Virus record (IMG/VR): IMGVR_UViG_3300045988_159027
Length of the DNA stretch: 64,000 bases
Reading direction: 5' to 3' (one strand)
Source: a virus
Positions 9,203-17,799 of this stretch are shown piece by piece. The notes beneath the pieces are model-generated. The model was not told the DNA's origin. It saw only the letters and a program-made list of their open reading frames with translations, and searched no databases. A program made the position numbers and the translations under genes. Each line of letters starts with the position of its first letter. Position 1 is the stretch's first letter.

Positions 9203-9775
9203 ATGAGAATCTGGATTGATAACGGTCATGGTGCAGACACCAATGGGAAGCAGTCGCCCGACGGACGGTTGCGTGAATATGCCTATGCACGCGACATTGC
9301 ACGCCGTGTGGTGGATGCGCTGAAGAAGAAAGGGCTCGACGCGCAGCTGCTCGTTCCGGAAGAGGAAGACATTTCGCTTCAGGAACGGTGCGCACGCGCC
9401 AACCGGGTGAAAGACAGCATCCTGGTATCCGTCCATTGTAACGCTGCCGGAAGCGGCACGCAGTGGATGACCGCACGCGGATGGGAGGCATGGACCAGCG
9501 TAGGTCAGACCAAGGCCGACAAACTGGCCGAATGTCTGTATCAGAGTGCGGAGCAGGTGCTGAAAGGCATGAAGATTCGCAAGGACACCGCCGACGGCGA
9601 CAGCGACAAGGAAAGCGGTTTCTACATTCTGAAGCATACCATTTGCCCGGTCGTGCTGACTGAAAACCTTTTCCAGGACAATCGCGAAGATGTGGACTTC
9701 CTTCTGTCGGATGAAGGCCGCCAGAAGATTGTCACGCTGCATGTGCAGGGAATCTGTAAATACCTGGGCGTATGA
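9203..9775 (+). CDS. N-acetylmuramoyl-L-alanine amidase (endolysin, Amidase_3-like)
   Basis: IDNGHG...E...SVHCNA...GWEAW...VLTENLF pattern matches the zinc amidase family. Lies in a lysis-cassette context. Confidence 0.85.
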   Translation: MRIWIDNGHGADTNGKQSPDGRLREYAYARDIARRVVDALKKKGLDAQLLVPEEEDISLQERCARANRVKDSILVSVHCNAAGSGTQWMTARGWEAWTSVGQTKADKLAECLYQSAEQVLKGMKIRKDTADGDSDKESGFYILKHTICPVVLTENLFQDNREDVDFLLSDEGRQKIVTLHVQGICKYLGV

Positions 9776-10326
9776 AACAGCTTCCGTGGATACTGGTAGG
9801 CTTGCTGTCGGCCGCGCTCCTCTTTTCGCTTTTCTTCCGTGGATGCGCATCGCCGCAGTCTGGGAAGGGTGATACCGTATGGCTTCCCGTCAGGGTAGAT
9901 ACGATACGCGACACGGCAGTTGCTCCTCCCGTGTCAGAACGTCCCGCAGGAACAGACACCGCACGCCTTCCGGTATATCGTCCGCAGAAACCGTCCGGGT
10001 CAGCTTCCATCCCGGACAGCATAGCGGATACGGTTACGGTTGTTTCTGATTCGCTTTCTACAGGGAAAGACAGCGTGGACGTGATTATTCCTCTCACAGA
10101 GAAGGAATACCGCACGGACGACTACCGGATAGTCATTTCAGGGTATCGCCCGCAACTGGTGTCGGCAGAGTTTTACCGACGCACACAGACGGGGGTGGTA
10201 AATGCACCGGCACCGAAAAAGAAGAGGTGGGGGATAGGACTGAGCGCCGGATACGGGATAGGGCTTTCAGGGAAGACAGAACCGTTTCTGGGCGTTACGC
10301 TTAATTACAACCTGCTGCAATGGTAG
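9772..10326 (+). CDS. Lysis-associated envelope protein (spanin-like candidate)
   Basis: Start overlaps the amidase stop. N-terminal hydrophobic segment ends in ...FRGC. C-terminus has OMP-like beta strands (GIGLSAGYGIGLSG...LNYNLLQW). Confidence 0.45.
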   Translation: MKQLPWILVGLLSAALLFSLFFRGCASPQSGKGDTVWLPVRVDTIRDTAVAPPVSERPAGTDTARLPVYRPQKPSGSASIPDSIADTVTVVSDSLSTGKDSVDVIIPLTEKEYRTDDYRIVISGYRPQLVSAEFYRRTQTGVVNAPAPKKKRWGIGLSAGYGIGLSGKTEPFLGVTLNYNLLQW

Positions 10327-10393
10327 CGGCAGGTTGTTTATTTAAACACAAGAGAAAAACACAGGGCAGACGTGCCCGATAAACAAAGAAACG

Positions 10394-10699
10394 ATGAGTA
10401 AGAGTGAGATTTTTAACACCATCCTCCGCATGGTATCGGAGGAAACGGAAATACCGTCTGCACAGATCCTTTCCGGAAGGAAGGACACAGAAACGGTAGA
10501 TGCACGCTATCTGCTGGTGCATTTCCTTTTTCAGAGCGGATTGAATCCGTCGTATATCGCTGCACGAATCGGAAAGACGGAGCGTGCCGTCAACCAGATT
10601 CATACCAATTTCGACCAGCGTTTCAGCACACAGAAAATATTCAGAATAAGTTGCGAAAGAATCAGGAAGAGGTTAGGAAATAACTCATTCCCAGAGTAA
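10394..10699 (+). CDS. DnaA C-terminal-like HTH protein
   Basis: 101 aa. The segment RKDTETVDARYLLVHFLFQSGLNPSYIAARIGKTERAV resembles the Bac_DnaA_C helix-turn-helix. Confidence 0.45.
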   Translation: MSKSEIFNTILRMVSEETEIPSAQILSGRKDTETVDARYLLVHFLFQSGLNPSYIAARIGKTERAVNQIHTNFDQRFSTQKIFRISCERIRKRLGNNSFPE

Positions 10700-10763
10700 T
10701 GCTTCGTCCGTACCTTTGTCATGTCGGGAAATAGTTCACGACACAACACAAACACAAAACAGT

Positions 10764-11276
10764 ATGACAATCAAAGGTATGGATGGCCAGAGTTACAACG
10801 TAACCGGCCAGGGACAAGGTAATTTCAACACGGTGGGGGCTGCAGCCGGCATCGCATCATTTTTGGGTATCAACGGTGGTAACATCCTGGGTCGCAATGG
10901 CTGGGGATGGAACGCAGAAGGCGTATGCTCAGACAACATGCCCGTAAGCCGTTATGAGTTGAACATGGTGGAACAACTGAACGCAAAGGATTCAGAAATC
11001 GCTTTGCTGAAGGCTGACAAGTACACTGACCAGAAGATCGTGGAAGCCTATAAGGACTTGCAGGGTCAGATCAAGGAACTTTCAGTGGAAGTTCGCTCCA
11101 ACAAGGACGCTCAGACCGCTGTCAACATGCAGCAGGCCGTTTACAACGGTACCAACACCGCTGCTCTGCAGTGTATGCAGAACAGCATCGCCGCTTTGCA
11201 GGCTATCACCAAGACATACATTCCGTCAAGCAATGTATGTCAGTCTGACTGCTGCGGATGTGTATCTGCTCAGTAA
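10764..11276 (+). CDS. Hypothetical late protein, Gly-rich N-terminus, coiled coil, Cys-rich C-terminal tail
   Basis: I prefer the ATG at 10764, which directly follows the CA-rich leader (cacaacacaaacacaaaacagt). C-terminus is CQSDCCGCVSAQ. Confidence 0.55.
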   Translation: MTIKGMDGQSYNVTGQGQGNFNTVGAAAGIASFLGINGGNILGRNGWGWNAEGVCSDNMPVSRYELNMVEQLNAKDSEIALLKADKYTDQKIVEAYKDLQGQIKELSVEVRSNKDAQTAVNMQQAVYNGTNTAALQCMQNSIAALQAITKTYIPSSNVCQSDCCGCVSAQ

Positions 11277-11292
11277 TCAACTGCTGAAATCC

Positions 11293-11320
11293 GGGGGAGG
11301 GCATCGGCCTTCCCCTTTCC
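11293..11320 (+). terminator. Hairpin downstream of 10764..11276
   Basis: GGGGGAGG / CCTTCCCC 8-bp stem (one G-U pair) with a 7-nt loop. The T tract is weak. Confidence 0.4.
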
Positions 11321-11366
11321 CTTATGATTTTCATACTCTACACAAACAACTCAAACACGCAGCACA

Positions 11367-11864
11367 ATGACAAACGCACAGATTCTGACCGCTGTCATCC
11401 TGAAATGGGGTGAGCCGGTCATTCCGGTTATGATGGGCAATACGCTCAACGGTATTTCTGCCGGTATGCTTCCGGTGGAGAAGTTATTCAAGTCAATCGG
11501 ACTGGCAGGTCCCGGATGGCAGATTTCCAATGAAATCAATTCGCTGGCATCTTTAGGAGGGACAAAAATGATCCGTCCGTTCCTCGAACGATTTGTATCC
11601 CGCATTCCGGACGACATGATCCCGGAACTGGCTCACGGATATGTTGACTCTGCCATCCAGCAGGGAAAGCTTTCCATAATCGACGGATTTTTCACCTTCG
11701 ACCGCAATGACCTGGTGGAACTGAAGAAATACCTGGACTGCAACCTTCCGTATCAGAAACCCGAGGAATATGTGGTGAAGGTTCCGCAGCAGCCCGCACA
11801 GCCGTCGCACCCACAACCGCAGCCTGCACCAAAGAATGAAACACGAGAAAAAGAAGAGAAATAA
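11367..11864 (+). CDS. Hypothetical late protein with Pro/Gln-rich C-terminus
   Basis: 165 aa. CA-rich leader upstream. No family motif recognised. Confidence 0.55.
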   Translation: MTNAQILTAVILKWGEPVIPVMMGNTLNGISAGMLPVEKLFKSIGLAGPGWQISNEINSLASLGGTKMIRPFLERFVSRIPDDMIPELAHGYVDSAIQQGKLSIIDGFFTFDRNDLVELKKYLDCNLPYQKPEEYVVKVPQQPAQPSHPQPQPAPKNETREKEEK

Positions 11865-11925
11865 GTGCCGAATACAGGCGGCCTGGTGTCCTGTAAAAGA
11901 TATATAACACAAACACAACACAACT

Positions 11926-12342
11926 ATGATTCAGTCAATTACTTTGTCTGGAGTTCCGACAGCTACCGCTCAGCCACTGACGGTAAACATCACTAAGAAA
12001 CTGCGTCAGGCTTATTGCGTGAACAACGGCGTTCAACCTACTGCTACCGTCGTATTCAGTGTAGCAAGCGTCACAAACAACAACACGCAGAACATTGCGC
12101 TTATCAACGCAGCTGTAACTCTGACCTACACTCCGAAAAACGGATGTGCAGCAAAGACTATTCAGTGGACCGAACAGTTTACAGTAACCTTCATCGGTGC
12201 GGCAAATACAGCCCCTACCAGTGTGGTAGCTACAACTTTAGTTCCGCAGGTATTCTCTTACAATGAGAACGGTTGCGGTTGCTCTGCTTGCGGCGCACTG
12301 ATTGCAGTCCCGGTCACGATTACTGCTACCTTTCCCGCTTAA
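11926..12342 (+). CDS. Hypothetical late protein, Thr/Val/Ala-rich with GCGCSACG motif
   Basis: 138 aa. CA-rich leader upstream, terminator downstream. Confidence 0.55.
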   Translation: MIQSITLSGVPTATAQPLTVNITKKLRQAYCVNNGVQPTATVVFSVASVTNNNTQNIALINAAVTLTYTPKNGCAAKTIQWTEQFTVTFIGAANTAPTSVVATTLVPQVFSYNENGCGCSACGALIAVPVTITATFPA

Positions 12343-12434
12343 CGAAGTTCAGGCAGCCGCGTTTAGCGCTTTCAGTCTGGCATCTGCCGATGAACCCGTA
12401 AAAAAGCGAAGGAAAAGGAAAAATGTTTGAGTGG

Positions 12435-12463
12435 CTTCCCGTCCGCGAGGGCGGGAAGTTTTT
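12435..12463 (+). terminator. Rho-independent terminator
   Basis: CTTCCCG ... CGGGAAG stem followed by TTTTT. Confidence 0.6.
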
Positions 12464-12491
12464 GAAGAAACTAATTTAAAAATATCGAGAT

Positions 12492-13040
12492 ATGGATAGA
12501 GAACAAATGATCTCCCGTTACGAGGAGCTGTATGATAAGATGAAGGACAGCAAGGACGTGAAGAATATGAAAATATTCGGCGAAGCTGCTACCTATTATT
12601 TCAAGGAAATCGCAAAGATGCATCCGGAAATGGCTATGAGCTGGCTGAGCCACCTCGAAGCAATGTGCTGGGATAATTTTTTGTCGGAAACAGAGGCCGT
12701 GAATATCGGTAAGACCATGGTCAACGAAGATGGGTTGAAAGGATTCCACTGGGGGCATGACACTTTCGTGTCTGCCGTGAAACAACTCGGAGGAGTTCCC
12801 GAAGAAAAACCTTCGTACAACTCGTATGCACTTTGTGTCACAGCCAACATGATTTACAGCGACATGGCATACAGCATCGCTGAAGACATGGGATACAAGA
12901 CACCTGCCGAAGTGCCGAACGAAAAGATGGCCCTTTCATGCTACAAGAAAGCTGTGTCCTACCTGAAAGACAAGGACAAGAACTTTCAGGTGCGCCGTTA
13001 CTTCAAGAAGCGCATGTACGGAGAGCAGGCAGCCATGTAA
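12492..13040 (+). CDS. Hypothetical protein
   Basis: 182-aa helical-looking ORF between two terminators. Confidence 0.55.
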   Translation: MDREQMISRYEELYDKMKDSKDVKNMKIFGEAATYYFKEIAKMHPEMAMSWLSHLEAMCWDNFLSETEAVNIGKTMVNEDGLKGFHWGHDTFVSAVKQLGGVPEEKPSYNSYALCVTANMIYSDMAYSIAEDMGYKTPAEVPNEKMALSCYKKAVSYLKDKDKNFQVRRYFKKRMYGEQAAM

Positions 13041-13198
13041 CAGCCGCATAGAAGAAAAGCTGGACCTCCTTATACGTATGGTAGCTCAACTTGACGGGAT
13101 AAGAGGATTTGGCTCTAATGTGCTGGCAAATGTGGTGGGCGATATAATTATGAGAAAAAGATGATGTAGTTTGTCTTTCCACCCTATATGAATGAAAA

Positions 13199-13242
13199 TG
13201 CAGCCGGGTTTTGTCGTTTCTTCCCCGGCTGCATTGTTTTTT
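13199..13242. terminator. Bidirectional terminator
   Basis: TGCAGCCGGG / CCCGGCTGCA 10-bp stem with T-rich flanks, between convergent genes. Confidence 0.7.
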
Positions 13243-13260
13243 AATTATCAGTAAATTATA

Positions 13261-14046
13261 TCATTGTCTGACAAAATTTACATTTCCAAAGTTAGTGTAT
13301 CCTCCGTCAAAATAAATAAGCCATTCCCCAGAAGGGCTTATTTCGTGTCTCATATTGACCATGTTTTCGGGAGGGCAAAGTGCGCTGTGAGGAGGTATTT
13401 CACCATTGTCGTAAAACCAGTAGAAATATATTTCATCTCTTGAAATGTTTGTATAATAATAACCTTGTGCTGAATATGTGTTTCTAACTGTTCCTGAATC
13501 CTTATAACTCCATTCCACACTCCATTCTGCTGTCCCTATTTCGTTGTCAAATGTAAGGGTATGAACAGCTCTGTATTTCTGTCCACCATATTGATAATCT
13601 ATGCCGGCTTTAAACGTATGACCTATCATTTCTTCCTGTAGAAGATTGCTTACTTCTTTGTTTTCCATAACTTTATTTTCACCTTCCTGGTTGGTAAAAT
13701 AAAGCTTGTTTCCTGAGAAATTTATGTTATATATAAATGAAGGTGCGTCATCTGGCATTGAGCCGGTTTCATCATCGCATACTATTATTACATTCCCATC
13801 TTCATCTATTTTCCATTTTGCAACAGACATCATTTCAGGCCTATCATATTTCCTGTAACTGTTTCTTTCCATCCATTCAAAATAGCCGTCTGTGCGAAAT
13901 CTGATTGCTTCATCATCATCGGATATAAAATATCCATTCGTTAGTTTCTCAGATAGCGTGTTCTGTGTCGTTTCTTCTGTGCCTTCGTCCTTTGAGCAAC
14001 TGAAAAATAGAACGCAAGCAATAAGCATTGTTAAAATTTTTTTCAT
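13261..14046 (-). CDS. Lipoprotein (moron candidate)
   Basis: MKKILTMLIACVLFFSC signal with lipobox Cys, followed by SKDEG (acidic residues after Cys+1). AT-rich gene on the opposite strand. Confidence 0.75.
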   Translation of the reverse strand: MKKILTMLIACVLFFSCSKDEGTEETTQNTLSEKLTNGYFISDDDEAIRFRTDGYFEWMERNSYRKYDRPEMMSVAKWKIDEDGNVIIVCDDETGSMPDDAPSFIYNINFSGNKLYFTNQEGENKVMENKEVSNLLQEEMIGHTFKAGIDYQYGGQKYRAVHTLTFDNEIGTAEWSVEWSYKDSGTVRNTYSAQGYYYTNISRDEIYFYWFYDNGEIPPHSALCPPENMVNMRHEISPSGEWLIYFDGGYTNFGNVNFVRQ

Positions 14047-14160
14047 ACACTAATTAATTTTTATTTCAAGCAAATGTAACTATAAGCATAAAATAAAAAT
14101 ATGATTATGAGATGAAAATTTTAAAAGTGCTGATTTTCGGAGGAAAAATGAAAAAACAAA

Positions 14161-14194
14161 ACAATTTTAAACGTGAGTCGCATTAAAATTGTTA
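14161..14194. promoter_or_regulatory. Inverted pair of TTAAAATTGT boxes
   Basis: ACAATTTTAA at 14161-14170 and ATTAAAATTGTTA at 14182-14194. On the minus strand this reads TTAAAATTGTTTTG, upstream of the lipoprotein gene. Confidence 0.4.
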
Positions 14195-14212
14195 GCGTAT
14201 GGGCAAAAAAAA

Positions 14213-14491
14213 TTAGCTCTTCTTTCTCAGATTGACTTCCACATCGAGCAAGCCACCGCAATAAGGGCAGACGCTTGCACCTGATTCTTTACGCACTTCT
14301 TCCGGGCTGGCAAAGAGTTGCCACATGGGAACCTCAAGGGCTTCTGCTATTTTTTCAAGCGTTTCCATTTTAGGAGACATCTTTCCATTTACGATGTTGT
14401 ATAATGCAGGAAGGCTTATTCCTACTTTATCTATTATGGATTTTACTTTTATTCCTTTCAAATCACATATTTCTTTTATTCTGTAATTCAT
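14213..14491 (-). CDS. XRE-family HTH regulator (cI/Cro-like) with C-terminal CxxC
   Basis: The segments IKSIIDKVGISLPALYNIVNGK and LEKIAEALEVPMWQLF are a classic HTH_3 motif. Divergent from the early genes. Confidence 0.85.
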   Translation of the reverse strand: MNYRIKEICDLKGIKVKSIIDKVGISLPALYNIVNGKMSPKMETLEKIAEALEVPMWQLFASPEEVRKESGASVCPYCGGLLDVEVNLRKKS

Positions 14492-14540
14492 ATATAACGT
14501 ATAGGTTTATTTAATTTGAAGCAAAATTAGGCATTGATTT

Positions 14541-14615
14541 TAATATATAAACTAATACTTCACTTAAATGATGTTAATATATATCACTTATTTATTGTTT
14601 AAGTTGTAATATATA
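14541..14615. promoter_or_regulatory. Three TAATATATA boxes in the divergent switch region
   Basis: Copies at 14541-14549, 14575-14583 and 14607-14615 (spacing 34 and 32 bp). A TATATTTG -7 box lies at 14626-14633. Confidence 0.35.
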
Positions 14616-14661
14616 TACTATTACTATATATTTGCATCAAACAGATAAACAAATAGTATAT

Positions 14662-14925
14662 ATGACACAGAAATTCAACAAATCCGAAATCATGAAAGCT
14701 GCTCACAGAATTCGCAACCATTCATGGAACTGCACCATGAGCCAGGCATTAAAAGAAGCATGGCGCAGAGCAAAGAAAGAAGCCGCACAGCGTGAGGAAT
14801 CAGAAAAGCGAATGGCTTCCATGAAAAGCAGCAAGGCCGACCAGCGCAATGCACGCATGTATCAGCACGTGGTTTTCGGTAAGAATGACTGGGTCATGGA
14901 TTACGGACGCAAATACAGATATTAA
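14662..14925 (+). CDS. Hypothetical small basic protein
   Basis: I prefer the ATG at 14662, because the TTG start in the ORF track overlaps the -7 box. Confidence 0.5.
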   Translation: MTQKFNKSEIMKAAHRIRNHSWNCTMSQALKEAWRRAKKEAAQREESEKRMASMKSSKADQRNARMYQHVVFGKNDWVMDYGRKYRY

Positions 14926-14952
14926 TAACCTTATAAATATAGAATATGAATT

Positions 14953-15177
14953 ATGAAGAAAAAACCAGCATCGGAACTTCGGATAATGGCTTCGGAGTTT
15001 ATTCACCGCAAACTGAGCGGTGCGCCATTCGTATCAGTGAATTATTCGGAAGATGGAGCGACAGCATTTTGCGTGTGGCCGGATGGTGTAAGAGAGTATT
15101 TGTACGTGGACTACGCCGACCTAATGCCACAAAGCCAGCACGAGCGTGCGATGGAGTACATACGCGGAGTAAGGTAA
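14953..15177 (+). CDS. Hypothetical small protein
   Basis: 74 aa with plausible composition. Preferred over the overlapping N-terminal half of 14946..15410. Confidence 0.5.
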   Translation: MKKKPASELRIMASEFIHRKLSGAPFVSVNYSEDGATAFCVWPDGVREYLYVDYADLMPQSQHERAMEYIRGVR

Positions 15178-15221
15178 AAGGAAAGAAACTCTGGTACATT
15201 CATGTGATAACCTTTGCAAGC

Positions 15222-15410
15222 ATGGCGGTTTTTATTCCTTGCGTTGTGTTTTCGGGATTTATTCCTGCTGTGGCAAAAGTAATTCTCATAGTTCCTTTGG
15301 GACTATTCACTGCATGGTGCATGCTTGTATCGTTTGTCCGCATTATGCAGGGTGTCACAGGGTGTAAAGATTTGGATAAAATGGAAAATGAATTTAAAGG
15401 CGAGGATTAG
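15222..15410 (+). CDS. Small membrane protein (2 TM)
   Basis: MAVFIPCVVFSGFIPAVAKVILIVPLGLFTAWCMLVSFV. This is the C-terminal part of ORF 14946..15410. A GTG at 15204 is an alternative start. Confidence 0.4.
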   Translation: MAVFIPCVVFSGFIPAVAKVILIVPLGLFTAWCMLVSFVRIMQGVTGCKDLDKMENEFKGED

Positions 15411-15415
15411 TAATT

Positions 15416-16453
15416 ATGGAAGAAGTGTTGAATAGTGAACTGGTGTTTGTTGGAGAAAACGAGCAGGTTCTTACAAACAGCAAAATTGTATCAGAAGTGT
15501 TTGGAAAACGCAATAGTGACGTATTGCGTGACATAAGAAATTTGGATTGCAGCAAGGAGTTTCATGAGCGAAATTTTGCGCTATGCCTGGAAACCAAACA
15601 GTTAGGAGTTGGTAGTACACAGACAAAGTATTACACCATGACCAAGGACGGATTCACTTTCCTTGTCATGGGATATACGGGAGCCAAGGCAGCCCGGTTT
15701 AAGGAAGCCTACATTTCGGCCTTCAACCGAATGGAGAAAAAGCTCCGTGAGCAGGTCACGAAACCGCAGCAGGACGATATAGACGTGAGCAAGTACGGAA
15801 GGAAAGAACTTGCCCTGCTTCTGATAGAAAGCGACGAGGAACTGGGAGATGCGCTTGAACAGCTTGAACGAAAGAAAGAAGAGGTAGCCGTGCTAAAGTA
15901 CCGTCTGGAGCAGATGGAAAAATGCCGTGAAGAAAGCCTTCATGTATCAATTCCCTCAGCTTTTCCGAAGGGAAAAGAGCAAAGCAGCCTTTTGAAGCGG
16001 GTTGAGCGTCTGGAAAAGATTGTGTCCGCATTTGCAGGCGATGTGGAAGGATTGAAGGAGTGGAAGAAGGAGGATGTATCGGACATGTACTACAAGCCTG
16101 AATTTTACAAAAAGTATCCCGAGTGTATATACATAAGCAGCCCCGTGCTTACGCCTTCGGTCATGTACCGTGCCATGGATATGGAGGACCTGCGGATACG
16201 TCTGTGGAAAGAGCTTAGCATAGAAATATCCCCTTTTTCGCTATTGCAGTTCCTTTATGAGCACAAGTTCCTTCAGGCAAAAGAGCAAGAGCGAATGAAG
16301 CCCACGGAGTTTTCACGTATGCACGGATACGCATACGCCATGGAACCTGACAAGGACGAGGAAAGCGGTATCCTTACTTACCGTCCGCTTTTCACCGAGG
16401 CGGGATTTCTCCGGATAATGGAAACCATAAAGATGGAAGGAGTGCAGCCATGA
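15416..16453 (+). CDS. Rha-family phage regulatory protein
   Basis: The N-terminal segment VLTNSKIVSEVFGKRNSDVLRDIRNL matches the Phage_pRha signature. Central coiled coil. Confidence 0.7.
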   Translation: MEEVLNSELVFVGENEQVLTNSKIVSEVFGKRNSDVLRDIRNLDCSKEFHERNFALCLETKQLGVGSTQTKYYTMTKDGFTFLVMGYTGAKAARFKEAYISAFNRMEKKLREQVTKPQQDDIDVSKYGRKELALLLIESDEELGDALEQLERKKEEVAVLKYRLEQMEKCREESLHVSIPSAFPKGKEQSSLLKRVERLEKIVSAFAGDVEGLKEWKKEDVSDMYYKPEFYKKYPECIYISSPVLTPSVMYRAMDMEDLRIRLWKELSIEISPFSLLQFLYEHKFLQAKEQERMKPTEFSRMHGYAYAMEPDKDEESGILTYRPLFTEAGFLRIMETIKMEGVQP

Positions 16454-16896
16454 AAAGAGAAGAGAGGTTACGAATAGCCAGGATGGTGGCCGCATTGCCT
16501 GAAGTTCCGCTTCTTCCGTCAGCGGTGCAACCCGTAGCGGAATGCGCAAAGCTGCCATGCAGGGATAATCCGATTCCGTTTCTTACGGCAAGGGAAATAA
16601 GGATTCACCACCGCGATGCGATGCTTGTGCGGCAGATGGCAAGACTTATAAGCCGCGAGCACGGCATACTGGTACGCTCGGCACAGGTTTTTGATTTTCT
16701 TCGCCGTGAAGGGTGGCTGCTTTCGTCGCCGGAATGCTACAACGCCCCTTCCGAGGAAAGCACACGGCGCGGGTTGATGCTTGCCGCACATTCGGGAGCA
16801 ACGGGAGCGGGGCTAAAATACTACACACCTTACATTACACGTGAAGGATACGAGTTCTTTTCACGCATCATCATTCAGAAAGGAGGACATTTATGA
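16450..16896 (+). CDS. KilAC-domain antirepressor-like protein
   Basis: Start overlaps the previous stop. About 80% identical to the C-terminus of 60681..61682 (RDAMLVRQMAR...YITREGYEFFSRII). Confidence 0.7.
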   Translation: MKREERLRIARMVAALPEVPLLPSAVQPVAECAKLPCRDNPIPFLTAREIRIHHRDAMLVRQMARLISREHGILVRSAQVFDFLRREGWLLSSPECYNAPSEESTRRGLMLAAHSGATGAGLKYYTPYITREGYEFFSRIIIQKGGHL

Positions 16897-17207
16897 ACAA
16901 GCGCGAAGCAAGAAAAGCAATAGACGGCTATTTTGGAGAAGTAAGACACAGCATTATGTTTACCAGCACCCGGAAAGGCGTGCTGGCCTATGTGGAATAT
17001 GAGGACTTCATGCCCGAACACACCGTGCGACGTGAACTGGAAAGTCTGCTCGGCAGCGGTTATCTGGTCAGTGTGAAACGCGAGTGCTCGCGCTCACTTT
17101 TCAAGGAGATTGTGGACTTTCTTTCGTCCGACACGAGCGGCCAGAAAACCCTTCTTATGATGATGGGAAACTACGTTTCTGCGCACCCCCTCCACAATAG
17201 CCTGTAG
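16893..17207 (+). CDS. Hypothetical protein, paralog family (copy 1 of 3)
   Basis: 104 aa. Near-identical to 61679..61993 and distantly similar to 58155..58448. Confidence 0.65.
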   Translation: MNKREARKAIDGYFGEVRHSIMFTSTRKGVLAYVEYEDFMPEHTVRRELESLLGSGYLVSVKRECSRSLFKEIVDFLSSDTSGQKTLLMMMGNYVSAHPLHNSL

Positions 17208-17299
17208 GGCCACTCAAAACAAATGCAGCAAACCACTTGAGAGGTTTGCTGCATATCGCTCGAGAGGTTTGCCGCAAACCACTTTAGAGGTTGCTGGCG
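17046..17299 (+). repeat. 254-bp perfect direct repeat, copy 1
   Basis: By eye, base-for-base identical to 61832-62085 (offset 44,786). Covers the 3' end of the gene plus 92 nt of non-coding sequence. Confidence 0.85.
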
Positions 17300-17366
17300 A
17301 ATAGTTTTTAAATCTTTGTTTCAACAGTAAAAAGACAGATAAAATTAACCTTTAAAAAAGAAAGAA

Positions 17367-17729
17367 ATGACAAATCTGACGATTGTTCTGGCAGGAATTT
17401 TTATTGTATCCTGCTGCGTGATTTTGGAAAGAGCAAGAATGTACAGCGTCCGTCGTGCGATGAACCTTCCAAAGCAGGCCGACTGCGGAGAAAAGGAAGC
17501 CGAGGAATGTGCGAAAAATATTTCTAATTTTCTTGCAGAGAGAGCCAAAGTGTGCGGAATGTACATTCACAACATGGAAGGCCAGGCCGCTGTGACTTAC
17601 GACGAGCTTCACCGCATCATGCTCGGAAAGGATGAAAGCATTCTTGCACTGATAAGGATTTCACAGGCTCTTGGTTGTGAGATATTAGTCAGGGAAAGTC
17701 CTGCTGACAAAGCCGGTGATAAAAATTGA
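17367..17729 (+). CDS. HTH-like small regulator (start uncertain)
   Basis: The C-terminal segment AAVTYDELHRIMLGKDESILALIRISQALGCEILV is XRE-like. The N-terminal 25 aa may not be translated (internal Met codons present). Confidence 0.45.
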   Translation: MTNLTIVLAGIFIVSCCVILERARMYSVRRAMNLPKQADCGEKEAEECAKNISNFLAERAKVCGMYIHNMEGQAAVTYDELHRIMLGKDESILALIRISQALGCEILVRESPADKAGDKN

Positions 17730-17753
17730 AAGTCCCGTTTGTTGAACAGGGTA

Positions 17754-17797
17754 AACCATCCGGAAGAAATTAATGATATTTCCGGATGGTTTTTTAT
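17754..17797. terminator. Bidirectional terminator
   Basis: AACCATCCGGAA / TTCCGGATGGTT 12-bp stem followed by TTTTT, between convergent genes. Confidence 0.75.
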
Positions 17798-17799
17798 AT

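Noticed and set aside
7686-9850. Minus-strand ORFs 7686..8591 (301 aa) and 9173..9850 (225 aa) across the lysis cassette.
   Set aside because: They are antisense to convincing + strand genes (TM protein, amidase). Their composition is junk-like, and they have no promoter or leader context.
14946-15410. 154-aa ORF spanning two shorter genes.
   Set aside because: Its N-terminal half overlaps the better-looking 14953..15177 in another frame and is Arg/Gly-rich. Only the C-terminal membrane segment (from 15204 or 15222) looks real.
17208-17299. tRNA fragment or att core in the non-coding part of the repeat.
   Set aside because: No cloverleaf, T-loop (GTTCRANNC) or acceptor features are present. 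I saw no tRNA-like sequence anywhere in the window.
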